Position numbers and translations under genes: made by a program
Notes under the pieces: model-generated
The model's input: only the letters and a program-made list of their open reading frames with translations
The model's database searches: none
What the model was told of the DNA's origin: nothing
DNA from: an uncultured Candidatus Saccharibacteria bacterium
GTDB taxonomy: Bacteria; Patescibacteriota; Saccharimonadia; Saccharimonadales; Saccharimonadaceae
DNA: 50,881 nucleotides
Direction: 5' to 3'
NCBI GenBank assembly: GCA_937958235.1
Contig: CALFGG010000050.1
Coordinates: 1 to 50,881 of the forward strand
In this document: one piece after another, positions 31,856-41,978 of the stretch
Layout: each line of letters opens with the position of its first letter
How positions within the stretch are numbered: position 1 is the first letter of the stretch

Positions 31856-32799
31856 TAGAATTCCTCCAAGAAATTAAGTTTACCAGATTCGAAGAAACGA
31901 ATATCGTCAAGTTGATACTTGAGAATGACAAGACGATCAATGCCGCCGCCCCAAGCAAAGCCCTTATAGACAGTGGGATCAATACCAGCGGTTTTTAGAA
32001 CATTAGGGTGGATCATGCCGCAGCCCATCATTTCTAACCAACCATCACCTTTACCACCGAGGGCTTTTGGCTTCTCGATTTGAAATTCGAGAGAGGGTTC
32101 AGTAAATGGGAAGTAGCCTGGCTGAGTTTTAGTATTTAAAGTTTGACCATAATAGGTTTCGAAGAAATTTTTAAGAACGCCGAGCATCTGCCCCATGGTG
32201 GCAGTTTTGGAGACAAAAACACCTTCACATTGGTAAAAAGTATGCTCATGAGTAGCGTCAACATCTTCATTACGAAAGACACGGCCAGGAATGACTACGG
32301 CAATCTGACCTTCGGTTTCAAGCTGATCTCGACGAGAGGTGAGTGCGCGATATTGCATGGTAGAAGTATGGGCTGGAGGAATAAAACCTTCTTTGGTACG
32401 AAAAGTATCATAGCCATCACGGGCGGGATGACCTTCAGGGAAGTTGAGCGACTCAAACATATGAAATTCATCGTCAAGCTGAGTGGACTCCATGACTTCA
32501 AATCCCATATTAGAATATATATCTATTACTTTGTCAAGTTCAACCATAAGAGGATGCTTGCTGCCACGCCTGTTTTTCTTCGGAGTAGAGTTTTCAGCCA
32601 TAGGAGCGGTGAGATCGATGGGCTTGATATCGACTGCTGCTAATTTTTCTTCCTCAGCTTGAATTTGAGCTAAGATTTCAGTTTTGCGACGATTAATTTC
32701 CTGCCCAAAAGCTTTGCGCTCTTCAGCTGGGAGGTCTTTAATTTTACTATATTCAAGGCCAAGATCTTTTAGGGCCTGTTTTAGGTCTGTAAGTTTCAT
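31855..32799 (-). CDS. pheS: Phenylalanine--tRNA ligase alpha subunit
   Basis: HPARD, HTS, GRVFRNE, YFPFTEPS, GCGMIHP. Confidence 0.97.
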   Translation of the reverse strand: MKLTDLKQALKDLGLEYSKIKDLPAEERKAFGQEINRRKTEILAQIQAEEEKLAAVDIKPIDLTAPMAENSTPKKNRRGSKHPLMVELDKVIDIYSNMGFEVMESTQLDDEFHMFESLNFPEGHPARDGYDTFRTKEGFIPPAHTSTMQYRALTSRRDQLETEGQIAVVIPGRVFRNEDVDATHEHTFYQCEGVFVSKTATMGQMLGVLKNFFETYYGQTLNTKTQPGYFPFTEPSLEFQIEKPKALGGKGDGWLEMMGCGMIHPNVLKTAGIDPTVYKGFAWGGGIDRLVILKYQLDDIRFFESGKLNFLEEF

Positions 32800-32898
32800 A
32801 TCTATACTCTATTATACTCTGGTTTTAAAGGTTTTTTAAGAGAAAAGATAGTTTTTAAGACTTTAAGCCAGGTTTATATGAATCAAATCCTATAAGCT

Positions 32899-33126
32899 CT
32901 AAATTACAACAATAAGAATGAGGGAAAGAATAGCGAGACCAACAAGGATGATCCAAATCCAACCGTAGCGACTAGTGGTTTTTGACCCATTAATATAGTC
33001 TGAATCATTAACAAGATCAGGGTCGGCGCTTAAGGCTGTCTGTTCCGCTTTTATCTTTAGGTCTGCGGCAATACGGCGACTAAGCTCTGCATTTTTATCC
33101 TGTTCTTTATGTACGATTACTCCCAT
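32899..33126 (-). CDS. Small tail-anchored membrane protein
   Basis: 75 aa, C-terminal TM, SD GAAAGG. Confidence 0.75.
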   Translation of the reverse strand: MGVIVHKEQDKNAELSRRIAADLKIKAEQTALSADPDLVNDSDYINGSKTTSRYGWIWIILVGLAILSLILIVVI

Positions 33127-33212
33127 CCTATACCTTTCATTTTAGAAAATTAAACTTTAAGTATTTTACCACAGATGTGTTATAATTCATTCAATATTAC
33201 TTAAGGAGGTAT

Positions 33213-34199
33213 ATGGCAACAAGTAAGTCCAAGAAGGCTAAAAAGTCTACGGAAAAGCCAAAAAATACTAATACAAAGCCAGAAGTTACTGTCGTTGAAG
33301 AAATTGTGACTGTAACCGAACCGGAAACAATCGTCACTGAGATAGCCGAAGTAAAAATGAAAGAAAACAAAAAGAGCAAATGTATTTTTGCAAATTTCTT
33401 CGCTAAAAAAGGCGATCCAGAAGAAAATATTCTAACTATTTTCAAAACACCAAAGATCTGGGGTGCGCTCGTTGGAGAATTAATCGGAACAATGTTTATC
33501 ACAATGCTCCTCTTAACTCTCGGCATCTACCAGCCACTTTATGTTCTATTCGGCGTAATTGGTGTAACCCTAGCCGTCTTCACCCTTTCTGGGGCACACT
33601 TAAACCCAGCAATCACTGCAGGTATGATGGCAACCCGTCGCGTTTCTGCAATTCGTGGCGTACTATACATGGTCGCTCAGGTTGTCGGTGCTTGGCTTGG
33701 TCTAGTCATTGTTAACGCCTTCCGCATGGCTGGCGAAACTAAGGTTGATCTTCCTGCACTAACCGCAGTTGAAGCTTCAAACTTATGGCAATTACTTGCG
33801 ATTGAATTCTTGGGTGTTTTCACTTTGGCATTCTTCTTCAATCGTGCACAAGAATATAAGTCTCGCCGTAGTGCTTTCACCTACGCTGCAATCATTGGTG
33901 GCGGTATGGTACTTGCGGTATTATTTGCAATCGTAATCTCAAGCAATTTCTTCAAGATTTCAAACAACTTTATCTTGAACCCAGCAGTTGCAATTATGTA
34001 TCAGATCTTCCCAACTTCAGCTGAGAATTTTGGTACTTTGATTAGCAAAGTTGGCCTTGAAGTCCTAGTCTTCATCCTAGCTCCAATCGTAGCTGGTGTA
34101 CTAGCTTTCTTCGTTGGCGACATTGCAACCACCCTTGCAGGCGAGGATGAGTGTGAAAAACACCACCACTGCAAAGATGGACACTGCCACGAAAAATAA
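33213..34199 (+). CDS. MIP/aquaporin family channel
   Basis: SGAHLNPA and ILNPAV motifs, six TMs, SD AAGGAGG. Confidence 0.9.
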   Translation: MATSKSKKAKKSTEKPKNTNTKPEVTVVEEIVTVTEPETIVTEIAEVKMKENKKSKCIFANFFAKKGDPEENILTIFKTPKIWGALVGELIGTMFITMLLLTLGIYQPLYVLFGVIGVTLAVFTLSGAHLNPAITAGMMATRRVSAIRGVLYMVAQVVGAWLGLVIVNAFRMAGETKVDLPALTAVEASNLWQLLAIEFLGVFTLAFFFNRAQEYKSRRSAFTYAAIIGGGMVLAVLFAIVISSNFFKISNNFILNPAVAIMYQIFPTSAENFGTLISKVGLEVLVFILAPIVAGVLAFFVGDIATTLAGEDECEKHHHCKDGHCHEK

Positions 34200-34211
34200 T
34201 TTGTGATAGAT

Positions 34212-34239
34212 AAAAAATAGCCCGATGGGGCTATTTTTT
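34212..34239. terminator. Bidirectional terminator
   Basis: AAAAAATAGCCC-GATG-GGGCTATTTTTT between convergent genes. Confidence 0.88.
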
Positions 34240-34294
34240 ATTGGTTCGATCTAGCGACTAGTTTTGATTATCTTACTTTTTATTCTATAGACAA

Positions 34295-35710
34295 TTAATC
34301 TTTAGGGAAAAGTGGAGTTTCTGGAGGAAGAATCTGACCGCTTCCGGTGAAGATAGATTCAACTGTTTCTGCGACAGGGAGAAAAGGTTTGAGGTGATGA
34401 TTAGCAACTAGAAGCTCTTCAACTAGCCCAGTAAGGCAGGCCTTTGCCTGCTCAGGATCGGTTTTAGCGAGCTGCCATGGCTTCTGTTCTTCGATATGAC
34501 GATTAACGCCTTGGATCATCCCCCAGGCCTTGTTAATAGCATTGGTAAATTCGAACTGATCCATTAATTCAGCGTATTCTGGGACAAAAGCCGAACTAAA
34601 ATCAAGTTTTTCGACTGAATTTTTCTGACAAAGTACAGAGAGACGCTGGACAAGATTGCCGTAGTCATTGGCTAATTCGTTGCGGTAGGCGTTCTCGAAC
34701 TTTTCCCACGTAAAATCAGCATCAAGAAAGGTATCGATGTGCTTAGAGAAGAAATAACGAAAAGCATTGATGCCATGTTTTTCCAAAACTTCGACCGGAT
34801 CAATACCATTGCCGAGGCTTTTACTAATTTTCTGACCATCCACCTGAATAAAGCCATGAGATAGAATGGTGCGTGGCAGAGGTAGACCTAACCCTAGAAG
34901 AATAGCCGGCCAAAGAATGGCATGAAAACGCAGAATGTCTTTACCTACCACCTGAACAGTGGCTGGCCAGTAGTTTGAAATGTCTTGATCTGGATAACCA
35001 AGAATTGTAATGTAATTTGTCAACGCATCCATCCAAACATACATTACTTGAGACTCATCACCAGGAACTGGAATGCCCCATTTGAGATGGGCGACCGGGC
35101 GAGAAATTGAAACGTCAGGAGCATCCTCAAGTAACTTAAGGATTTCATTCTTACGAAATTCTGGGAGGATTTGCATCCTGCCATTCTCGATAGCGGCTTT
35201 GATTTCATCTTTAAAATCAGAGACTCGGAAGTAATAATTAGATTCTGTAAGATGTTGATAAGGAGCTTGATGATCCGGGCAAGCACCCTGATTATCTTCA
35301 TACTCTTTTTGCGTAACAAAACGTTCACATCCCTCACAATACCAGCCATCATAACTGGAAGAATAAATATGCTTTTCTAGGCGTTGCCAAATTTTCTGCA
35401 CGCGCTCAATATGAGACTGGTCTGTAGTGCGAATAAAATCAGTATATTTTATCTCAAACTTCTGAAGAAAGTTCTGAAATTTGGCAGAGTTTTGGTCAAC
35501 GTAGTCCTTAATATCTATCTGCTGCTGCTCAGCCTTTTTCTCAATTTTATTACCATGTTCGTCAGTCCCAGCCTGAAAGCGCACATTTTTACCCTGCATG
35601 GTTTGATAGCGAGCATAGATATCAGCAAGTAGATAATCCTCAGCATGCCCAACATGAGGAGCACCGTTAACATACGGGATTGCCGTCGTAATATAAATTT
35701 CTTGAGACAT
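34295..35710 (-). CDS. metG: Methionine--tRNA ligase (short form)
   Basis: HVGH, CEGC/CPDH knuckle, YVWMDAL, GKDILRFH, KISKS. Confidence 0.97.
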   Translation of the reverse strand: MSQEIYITTAIPYVNGAPHVGHAEDYLLADIYARYQTMQGKNVRFQAGTDEHGNKIEKKAEQQQIDIKDYVDQNSAKFQNFLQKFEIKYTDFIRTTDQSHIERVQKIWQRLEKHIYSSSYDGWYCEGCERFVTQKEYEDNQGACPDHQAPYQHLTESNYYFRVSDFKDEIKAAIENGRMQILPEFRKNEILKLLEDAPDVSISRPVAHLKWGIPVPGDESQVMYVWMDALTNYITILGYPDQDISNYWPATVQVVGKDILRFHAILWPAILLGLGLPLPRTILSHGFIQVDGQKISKSLGNGIDPVEVLEKHGINAFRYFFSKHIDTFLDADFTWEKFENAYRNELANDYGNLVQRLSVLCQKNSVEKLDFSSAFVPEYAELMDQFEFTNAINKAWGMIQGVNRHIEEQKPWQLAKTDPEQAKACLTGLVEELLVANHHLKPFLPVAETVESIFTGSGQILPPETPLFPKD

Positions 35711-35826
35711 GAGATCCTTTGATATTTTTTAAAATTATTTTCTTATTAATTATACTACAAAAAACGTATAGAAAAACTGAGAGGCCGTTTTCAGGGCCTC
35801 CCAGTTTAATTCATTGATTTTAGAGA

Positions 35827-37092
35827 CTACTCAACTGTGGAGCAAGAAAGTCCGGTTTGGTTCTCGGCTAACATGAGGGAGTTTAGATCATGGCTCGTGA
35901 TGGAGCTAAATTCAGATAAGGACTTAAGGTAGTTATCTACATTATTTCCCGAAATAGCTGTTTTTTTCTTTAATTGGTTGAGATTAATCTCAGTTGTAAC
36001 CTTAATATTATCATCAGATTTAATACCAGCATCAAGAGTGGTCTTCGCAGTAACAGCTTCATTTTCGCTGTTGTATTGGTAAATATATTGCTCAGAAATG
36101 CCACTAAGATTATCATTCTCAAAAGTGAACTGCATCTCAAAGTTACCATAAGCGGCACCGACTTCAGAGGATTCATTGGTACTTAAAGGACGAACACAGG
36201 TTAGCATTTTTGTAGAAGCCTTCTCGACCTGATTCTTACCAGCAGCTTGAGTGGGTTTCTTCTGTGGCTCACTCAAAAACATCAGCGCAAAGATAATCCC
36301 AGCAATGACAAAGAGGACAGCAGCGGCAATAATCAAAATCATGGTGCGATTCAATTTAATCTTTGGTTTATTTTGATTCTTGGCCTGCTTGGCAGCTTCT
36401 TCAGCTTGTTTCTTCTCAAAATCAGCATAGGAGATGGCACTACCAATAGAACCGGGAGCCGGAGCGGCCGCCACGAGAGGCTGCTCCTCCTGATTATCAT
36501 CTTCATTAGCTTCGGTTTGTGCTGTCTGAGAAGCTTGCTCGCCGCCAACCATGTCGACGCTGGACTGTGCCTGAGCAGAAGCCGTAAATGGAGTGGAATC
36601 TAGAGCTGAATCGTCCTGCTGATTTTGAACTGGATCAAACATAAGGCCTGGATCAGACGTAAGACCTGAATTAGATGCGCTAGGAGCAGCAGAAAAAGAA
36701 GACACAGAGAGCGTGGGGTCAGTTGGCGCAAGCGAGGAAGGTGAAGTGTTTGAGGTCGATTCCATAGAGGCGCTTGGCCTAGTAGATGGCTGTAAATCAT
36801 CCGTAGTAGGTTGATAATTACTTAGTTCGGACATTAAACTATCTAGTTCTGGCGAAGCGGTAGGAGCTGGGGTTGGAGAAAAGGGGGCCGCAGGAGCTGG
36901 CGAAGCTGAAGCAGCAGAGGCGGAAGAGGAGGCCGCAGAAATCGGCGAAGCTGGAGCAGTAGAGGCGGAAGAGGGGGCGGCGGTGTTATTGACTGCCGAA
37001 GAAGGATTTGTGGGCTGGTTATCGGTTGGTAGAGGGTTCTTATTTAGTATATGATCATCATTTTGAGTTTGAGGATGAGGAATTGGATCCAT
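35827..37092 (-). CDS. Single-pass protein with long Ser/Ala/Pro/acidic disordered N-terminus
   Basis: 421 aa, low complexity to ~residue 240, TM, C-terminal domain bounded by two Cys. Confidence 0.8.
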   Translation of the reverse strand: MDPIPHPQTQNDDHILNKNPLPTDNQPTNPSSAVNNTAAPSSASTAPASPISAASSSASAASASPAPAAPFSPTPAPTASPELDSLMSELSNYQPTTDDLQPSTRPSASMESTSNTSPSSLAPTDPTLSVSSFSAAPSASNSGLTSDPGLMFDPVQNQQDDSALDSTPFTASAQAQSSVDMVGGEQASQTAQTEANEDDNQEEQPLVAAAPAPGSIGSAISYADFEKKQAEEAAKQAKNQNKPKIKLNRTMILIIAAAVLFVIAGIIFALMFLSEPQKKPTQAAGKNQVEKASTKMLTCVRPLSTNESSEVGAAYGNFEMQFTFENDNLSGISEQYIYQYNSENEAVTAKTTLDAGIKSDDNIKVTTEINLNQLKKKTAISGNNVDNYLKSLSEFSSITSHDLNSLMLAENQTGLSCSTVE

Positions 37093-37172
37093 TTTGTTCC
37101 TTTGATTAGATAAAATATTAGATAAACGCTTATGTTTATCTTAGCATAATTAGCCGATCTCAACAACTTGGA

Positions 37173-37958
37173 CTAGATTTTTTGAGCAAAATCGTAAACT
37201 TTTTGCCAATCAGAAAGAGTGAGGTCGGCAGGGCGATAATTCTCTTCCAAATCGAGGGTTTGATAAAGCTCTTTAATTTCTTCACGCGATTTTTGAGTAA
37301 TATATGGAAGACAAGTAATTAGTTTTTTACGTGGATTCATAAAACACTGCTTAATAAAGCGTAAAACCTCCGGATTCACAATAGGCTGCTTACGAGGCAT
37401 TAACACTACAGAAGCTGAATCAACTTTAGGTGGTGGCGTAAAGAGACTGCGGTCGACAAAAACTCCTGGATAGACATCGGCAAAATTAAGGACAGCAAGG
37501 GTGAGATAAGTATATCGCCCCACATCCAAAAGTAAGCGATCGGCGACTTCTTTTTGCATAAGCAAAACAATTTTCTCTGGTGGGTTGGAGGCGGAAATTA
37601 ATTTCTGAATAATTGGACTGGTGATGTAATAAGGAATATTGCCAACCGCAACATAAGGCTCTGTAATCTGCGAGAGATCGAATTGAAGAAAATCTTGATG
37701 TACAACTTGGAGATTTTTGCCCGGAAAGGAGTTTGGCAAATTGGTGGCAAGTTTTTCATCATATTCGACAGCAAGAACTTTTGGAAAGCGACGAAGTAGA
37801 GAGCTAGTGAGAGTACCGAGGCCTGGACCAATTTCAAGACAGAGAGGCTGAGGAGTTTCCGGATCATCAGTATCTATCACTGCGCTTTCAGCAATTTCTT
37901 CAAGAACTGATCGGTTTTTAAGCCAGTTTTGTCCAAGGTGTTTTTTATTCTGTAGCAT
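37173..37958 (-). CDS. rsmA: 16S rRNA m6,2A dimethyltransferase
   Basis: KKHLGQNWL, EIGPGLG, NIPYYITSP, MQKEVA, FTPPPKVDS, RKKL. Confidence 0.96.
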   Translation of the reverse strand: MLQNKKHLGQNWLKNRSVLEEIAESAVIDTDDPETPQPLCLEIGPGLGTLTSSLLRRFPKVLAVEYDEKLATNLPNSFPGKNLQVVHQDFLQFDLSQITEPYVAVGNIPYYITSPIIQKLISASNPPEKIVLLMQKEVADRLLLDVGRYTYLTLAVLNFADVYPGVFVDRSLFTPPPKVDSASVVLMPRKQPIVNPEVLRFIKQCFMNPRKKLITCLPYITQKSREEIKELYQTLDLEENYRPADLTLSDWQKVYDFAQKI

Positions 37959-37967
37959 CAGCTTCTC

Positions 37968-39005
37968 CTAGTACCAGTGGCGTGATTGCCAGAAGCTCCA
38001 AGCCTGATTCCAACCACCATAACGGCCAGTGACATAGCCAATCATCCAGCGGATTTGAGTGACCGGGTTGGTCTGCCAGTCTGCACCAGCACTTGCCATT
38101 TTGGAGCCTGGAAGCGCTTGCGGAATACCATAAGCACCACTGCCGGCATTCGTAGCGTCAAAACGACATCCTGATTCACGATAAATTAAGGTGAGAGCAA
38201 CATGAAGATCCGCTTCGGAAACACCAGCGGCACGTGCGTAGGAGGCACAGGCTTCCCATTCGGGAGGAACTGATTTTTTCATGCCAACTGCAGTAATGCG
38301 ATCAACTGGGTTTTTGATAGTTTCAGAACTGATTAGTTCACGAGAAACTTCTTTACCATTAACAAAATTTACACGGTAGACAGAACTCTTACGACCTAAT
38401 TCCCCGACCTGACGAAGATTGGTCTGTCCGGTAGCGAGCGAAGTGTCGCTAACTGTTTTTTCGGCATAGGGGATATCTTCCTCAATAGTAAGAGTGCGAC
38501 CGCCATTACGAGTGAGCTGATAGGTGGTAGCGATACCTGATTCAAGGATATTTTGACCAGAGATGAGATTAAGTTCGTCACCATCATAAATGGTAATACC
38601 GGCATCACGGGCAATTTCTTTTGGATCAAGATTGGCAGACATGATGAATTTGTTGGTGGTGCCCGCCTTAATAATAACTGGACGAGAACGATAAATATTA
38701 ATGCGAAAACTATCGGAATTAATTTCATCAGTAAGGGCTGGCTCAACACGATCCGTGTCGTGATAGACGATTTTAGCGCGTTCAAGGGCCTCTTTGACGG
38801 TTTTGGCGCTGGTTTTGATGGTAAGAGACTTTGAATCATCATAGAAAGTAACAAAATGACTGTCAGAAACAACACCATTGTCGGAGCTATTCGATTCAGC
38901 ATAAGTTGGGCGCATGCTAAAAAAGACACCTAGGACTAAGGTTAAGATAAAAACACTAATACTAAAACCACAGAAGAACCTGTAGTAAGATGCTTTTAAT
39001 TTCAT
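37968..39005 (-). CDS. DUF348/G5 protein with C-terminal lytic-transglycosylase-like domain (RpfB/YabE-like layout)
   Basis: N-terminal signal/TM, G5 segment, RESG...GAYGIPQALPGSKM...RYGGW; upstream of rsmA; start 39005 follows TGGTATAAT. Confidence 0.88.
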   Translation of the reverse strand: MKLKASYYRFFCGFSISVFILTLVLGVFFSMRPTYAESNSSDNGVVSDSHFVTFYDDSKSLTIKTSAKTVKEALERAKIVYHDTDRVEPALTDEINSDSFRINIYRSRPVIIKAGTTNKFIMSANLDPKEIARDAGITIYDGDELNLISGQNILESGIATTYQLTRNGGRTLTIEEDIPYAEKTVSDTSLATGQTNLRQVGELGRKSSVYRVNFVNGKEVSRELISSETIKNPVDRITAVGMKKSVPPEWEACASYARAAGVSEADLHVALTLIYRESGCRFDATNAGSGAYGIPQALPGSKMASAGADWQTNPVTQIRWMIGYVTGRYGGWNQAWSFWQSRHWY

Positions 39006-39036
39006 CTCCACTATTATACCATAACAAGATTTAATA

Positions 39037-41892
39037 CTAAAGACTGGCGCCATGAGCGACTAGTTCGTCATGATAGGTTTCAATATCGGCTGGACGCATA
39101 TTAGCAACTATGCGATCAATTGACATTATCTGAAGAAGGTTATCTAAATTATAAATAAGATCAGGGCCAATGAGTGATCTAACCACACGATCATCGTTCA
39201 ATTTTGCAACTTCATCACTATCTTTATAGAACTCTATAAATTTTGAGACCAATTTGCTATATAATTCGGGCTTAATATTATTAAAATCAACAGGGTGTTG
39301 TCCTAAGAATGTTTTTAGATTATCAGGTAGTTCTTCTTCCATCTCTTTCTTCATAGCCAGCTCTAAGCTACCACCTTTAATAACTGAATCTAATTGACTG
39401 TCTAGAACTTTGTCAATAATTACATCCTCGCTAATATTTTCCAGAATAAGATTTCCAGTATCATCAATGAACATATCGCGACAAATAGTCGCCTGAGCGG
39501 TCTTTATATTGGCTGGATCAGTCTGAATATTATCTAAATTAGACTCAATGCCTTGAAGATCCATTTTTGAAATAAGAAGATTAATTGGAATATTCTTCTG
39601 CGCAAGTAGCTCGAAGTTTTGTGAAATGCCATCAGTATTTAGTTTATCAAAGGCAATATTAACGCTGATACCTTTTTCGATGAGGGTGTTAAGATTTTGT
39701 GAAACACCATCAGCATTTAGCCTATCAAAGGCAACGTTCACGTCGATGCCTTTTTCAAGGAGAGTATTAAGGTTTTGTCCTATTTCATTCTTACCCATTT
39801 TATTAAAGATAATATTTACATCAATACCTTTCTCGAGAAGAGTATTAATGTTTTGTGAAATACCATCAGCATTTAGCTTACCAAAGGCAACATTCACGTC
39901 GATACCTTTTTCGAGGAGAGTATTAAGGTTTTCTGCAATATCATAGCTGTTTAACTTATCGAAGGCAATATTTATATCAGCACCTTTTTCGAGGAGAGCG
40001 CTAAGGTTTTTTAAAACATCATATTTATTCAGACTATTTAGAATTGTTTCTACGTTGACACCACCTTCAAGTAGAGTATTAAGATTTTGTGAAACACCAT
40101 CACTGCCAAGTCTATCAAGAATTGTTTCTATCTTGATATTTTTTTCGAGGAGAGCGTTAAGGTTTTGGGAAATATTATAGTTGCCCAGGCTATTTAAGAT
40201 TGTTTCTGCCTTGACACCACCTTCAAGTAGAGTATCGATTTTTTGCGAAATATCATCGCCCTCTATCTTTTTAAAAAGGATAGCCGTATCAATACCTTTT
40301 CCCAGGAGAGCATCAAAGTTAACAACTATGTCGCTACTACTGGCTTTTTCTAGAACACAATTAATTTCTTGCATTAATAAGTCTTGATCTGAAATATTCT
40401 TATCTTCACCCTGCAATAATCTTGATAGGTTATAAATATTTCTTAGTTCTGCAATTTTCAGATCGGGACCACCGTAAGTATCTAAGGTAAAAATTTCACG
40501 ATTTTTTTCGTATAAAAATGTGTATTCGTCAAGAGTGAGGTCTTCACCTTTTTTGGCTTTATCTTGTAGTCTAATGAGTTCTTTTTTGTCCCTGAATTTT
40601 TCTTTAAAATCTTTTTTTGGGTTAAGAGGATATTTAAGGACTTCTTGCTCGACAATAGGAATGAGAGAGTCCTCAACTGTTTGATTACTATTATTCGCTA
40701 AACCAGAAACTTCCGTCACTCTTCCTTGCGTATCAAAGCGAATAGAAGCACAGGCAGTTTTCGACATACCATCTATGCTGTTTTCATTTTTCAATTTAAA
40801 GAGTTTAAATCTTGCTTTATTGTCTTTAATAGTATGGTCGTTGGTATTTAGATAATTCTCCCCCGCTTGTTTACTAGCAATACACCAAGGTGTACCCTGA
40901 GAGGCTTCGGCGAGCTCATCCTCTTGCCCAGGATAAAAGTCAAACCATTCACCTTCTATGTCTTCTGTACGTTCAGGTGTAGGGATGGGCTTATAAATTT
41001 CTTTAAAAAAATGTGTGTAAATCTTGCCAAAATTTCCGGATTTCACAACTGCGTTAAGTTGGTCATCGTCGGTATGCTCTGTAAACCATTTATCTTTATC
41101 TTGCCCGAAAAAATCGTTAACCGCATCAAGTGTAAGAGCAAGAGCTGCTGGGTTAACTTTTGGATAGGGAGCGATGGTGGACTTGTCACGATTTTCATAT
41201 TTACCATATTTGTGATTATATGTACCCATTTTGATAACACTATCAAAGGCATAGATCTTGAACCAAGTAGGAAAAGGGGTTTCTTTATTACTGAGATATT
41301 CCGTCCAACTGTTTATGGAATCAATCTGATTTTGGCGAAGTCTTTCGTAGTCTTTATTCATCTCAGACTCCGTATATTCGATAGAAGGAAGGCCTTGCCC
41401 ATTACGATCATCGTCAAAGGCCTTCTTAAGTTGGGTCCAGGATTTATTATTAATATTCTCTTTTTCAATAATTGGAGCAAAATTTTTGATGGATTCTTGC
41501 CAAATTCTCTTTTCAAGTCTATTACCACCACGTTCGATCGCCAGATCAAGACGTTCAAGATAAGCATAATTCTTTCTGTCTTTTGGGTTTTCGCCGGGGA
41601 TCTTTTCGATTTTCTTCATTGGCTCGCCGGTTGTAAGCGCTTCTTTTCTAGCAGCCTGCTCGGCCTGTTTTTGAGTTCTTAAAGCCTTTTCATAATACGG
41701 AGTAACCAAAGGTTCCTTCGTATCTGGAGTTTTTCTTTCCTGAAAACTAATTAATGTGAGGACACTAGAATAGATAGCATTTGTTCTTTTTCGCTGAAGT
41801 TCTTTTTGATATTCTGATTCATTCTGGATAGAATTATAAGATTCTTGTGAATTATCCTGAGCCTTTAGTGGTAGACCTTCATGATTTGGCAT
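39037..41892 (-). CDS. Large hypothetical protein with GTPWC motif and 26-aa helical repeats
   Basis: 951-aa ORF; no family recognised with certainty. Confidence 0.85.
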   Translation of the reverse strand: MPNHEGLPLKAQDNSQESYNSIQNESEYQKELQRKRTNAIYSSVLTLISFQERKTPDTKEPLVTPYYEKALRTQKQAEQAARKEALTTGEPMKKIEKIPGENPKDRKNYAYLERLDLAIERGGNRLEKRIWQESIKNFAPIIEKENINNKSWTQLKKAFDDDRNGQGLPSIEYTESEMNKDYERLRQNQIDSINSWTEYLSNKETPFPTWFKIYAFDSVIKMGTYNHKYGKYENRDKSTIAPYPKVNPAALALTLDAVNDFFGQDKDKWFTEHTDDDQLNAVVKSGNFGKIYTHFFKEIYKPIPTPERTEDIEGEWFDFYPGQEDELAEASQGTPWCIASKQAGENYLNTNDHTIKDNKARFKLFKLKNENSIDGMSKTACASIRFDTQGRVTEVSGLANNSNQTVEDSLIPIVEQEVLKYPLNPKKDFKEKFRDKKELIRLQDKAKKGEDLTLDEYTFLYEKNREIFTLDTYGGPDLKIAELRNIYNLSRLLQGEDKNISDQDLLMQEINCVLEKASSSDIVVNFDALLGKGIDTAILFKKIEGDDISQKIDTLLEGGVKAETILNSLGNYNISQNLNALLEKNIKIETILDRLGSDGVSQNLNTLLEGGVNVETILNSLNKYDVLKNLSALLEKGADINIAFDKLNSYDIAENLNTLLEKGIDVNVAFGKLNADGISQNINTLLEKGIDVNIIFNKMGKNEIGQNLNTLLEKGIDVNVAFDRLNADGVSQNLNTLIEKGISVNIAFDKLNTDGISQNFELLAQKNIPINLLISKMDLQGIESNLDNIQTDPANIKTAQATICRDMFIDDTGNLILENISEDVIIDKVLDSQLDSVIKGGSLELAMKKEMEEELPDNLKTFLGQHPVDFNNIKPELYSKLVSKFIEFYKDSDEVAKLNDDRVVRSLIGPDLIYNLDNLLQIMSIDRIVANMRPADIETYHDELVAHGASL
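39541..40320 (-). repeat. About 10 tandem 78-nt (26-aa) coding repeats
   Basis: Consensus NLNTLLEKGIDVNVAFDKLNADGISQ. Confidence 0.92.
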
Positions 41893-41978
41893 TTTAGTTT
41901 CCGGTTTTATTTTGTTTATGATTATTTATAAGTATAGAAGCTTTACTATTTTTTGTCTATGAATGAAATATTGATGAA

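Noticed and set aside
32821..32870. GTTTT(T)AAG short repeats upstream of pheS
   Set aside because: Low complexity and irregular spacing.
39541..40320. Repeats considered as a CRISPR array or DGR template/variable pair
   Set aside because: In-frame coding repeats without unique spacers; no cas or RT gene; no adenine-specific mismatch pattern seen.
40867..41682. 271-aa plus-strand ORF
   Set aside because: Antisense to the 951-aa gene, no motif or initiation signal.
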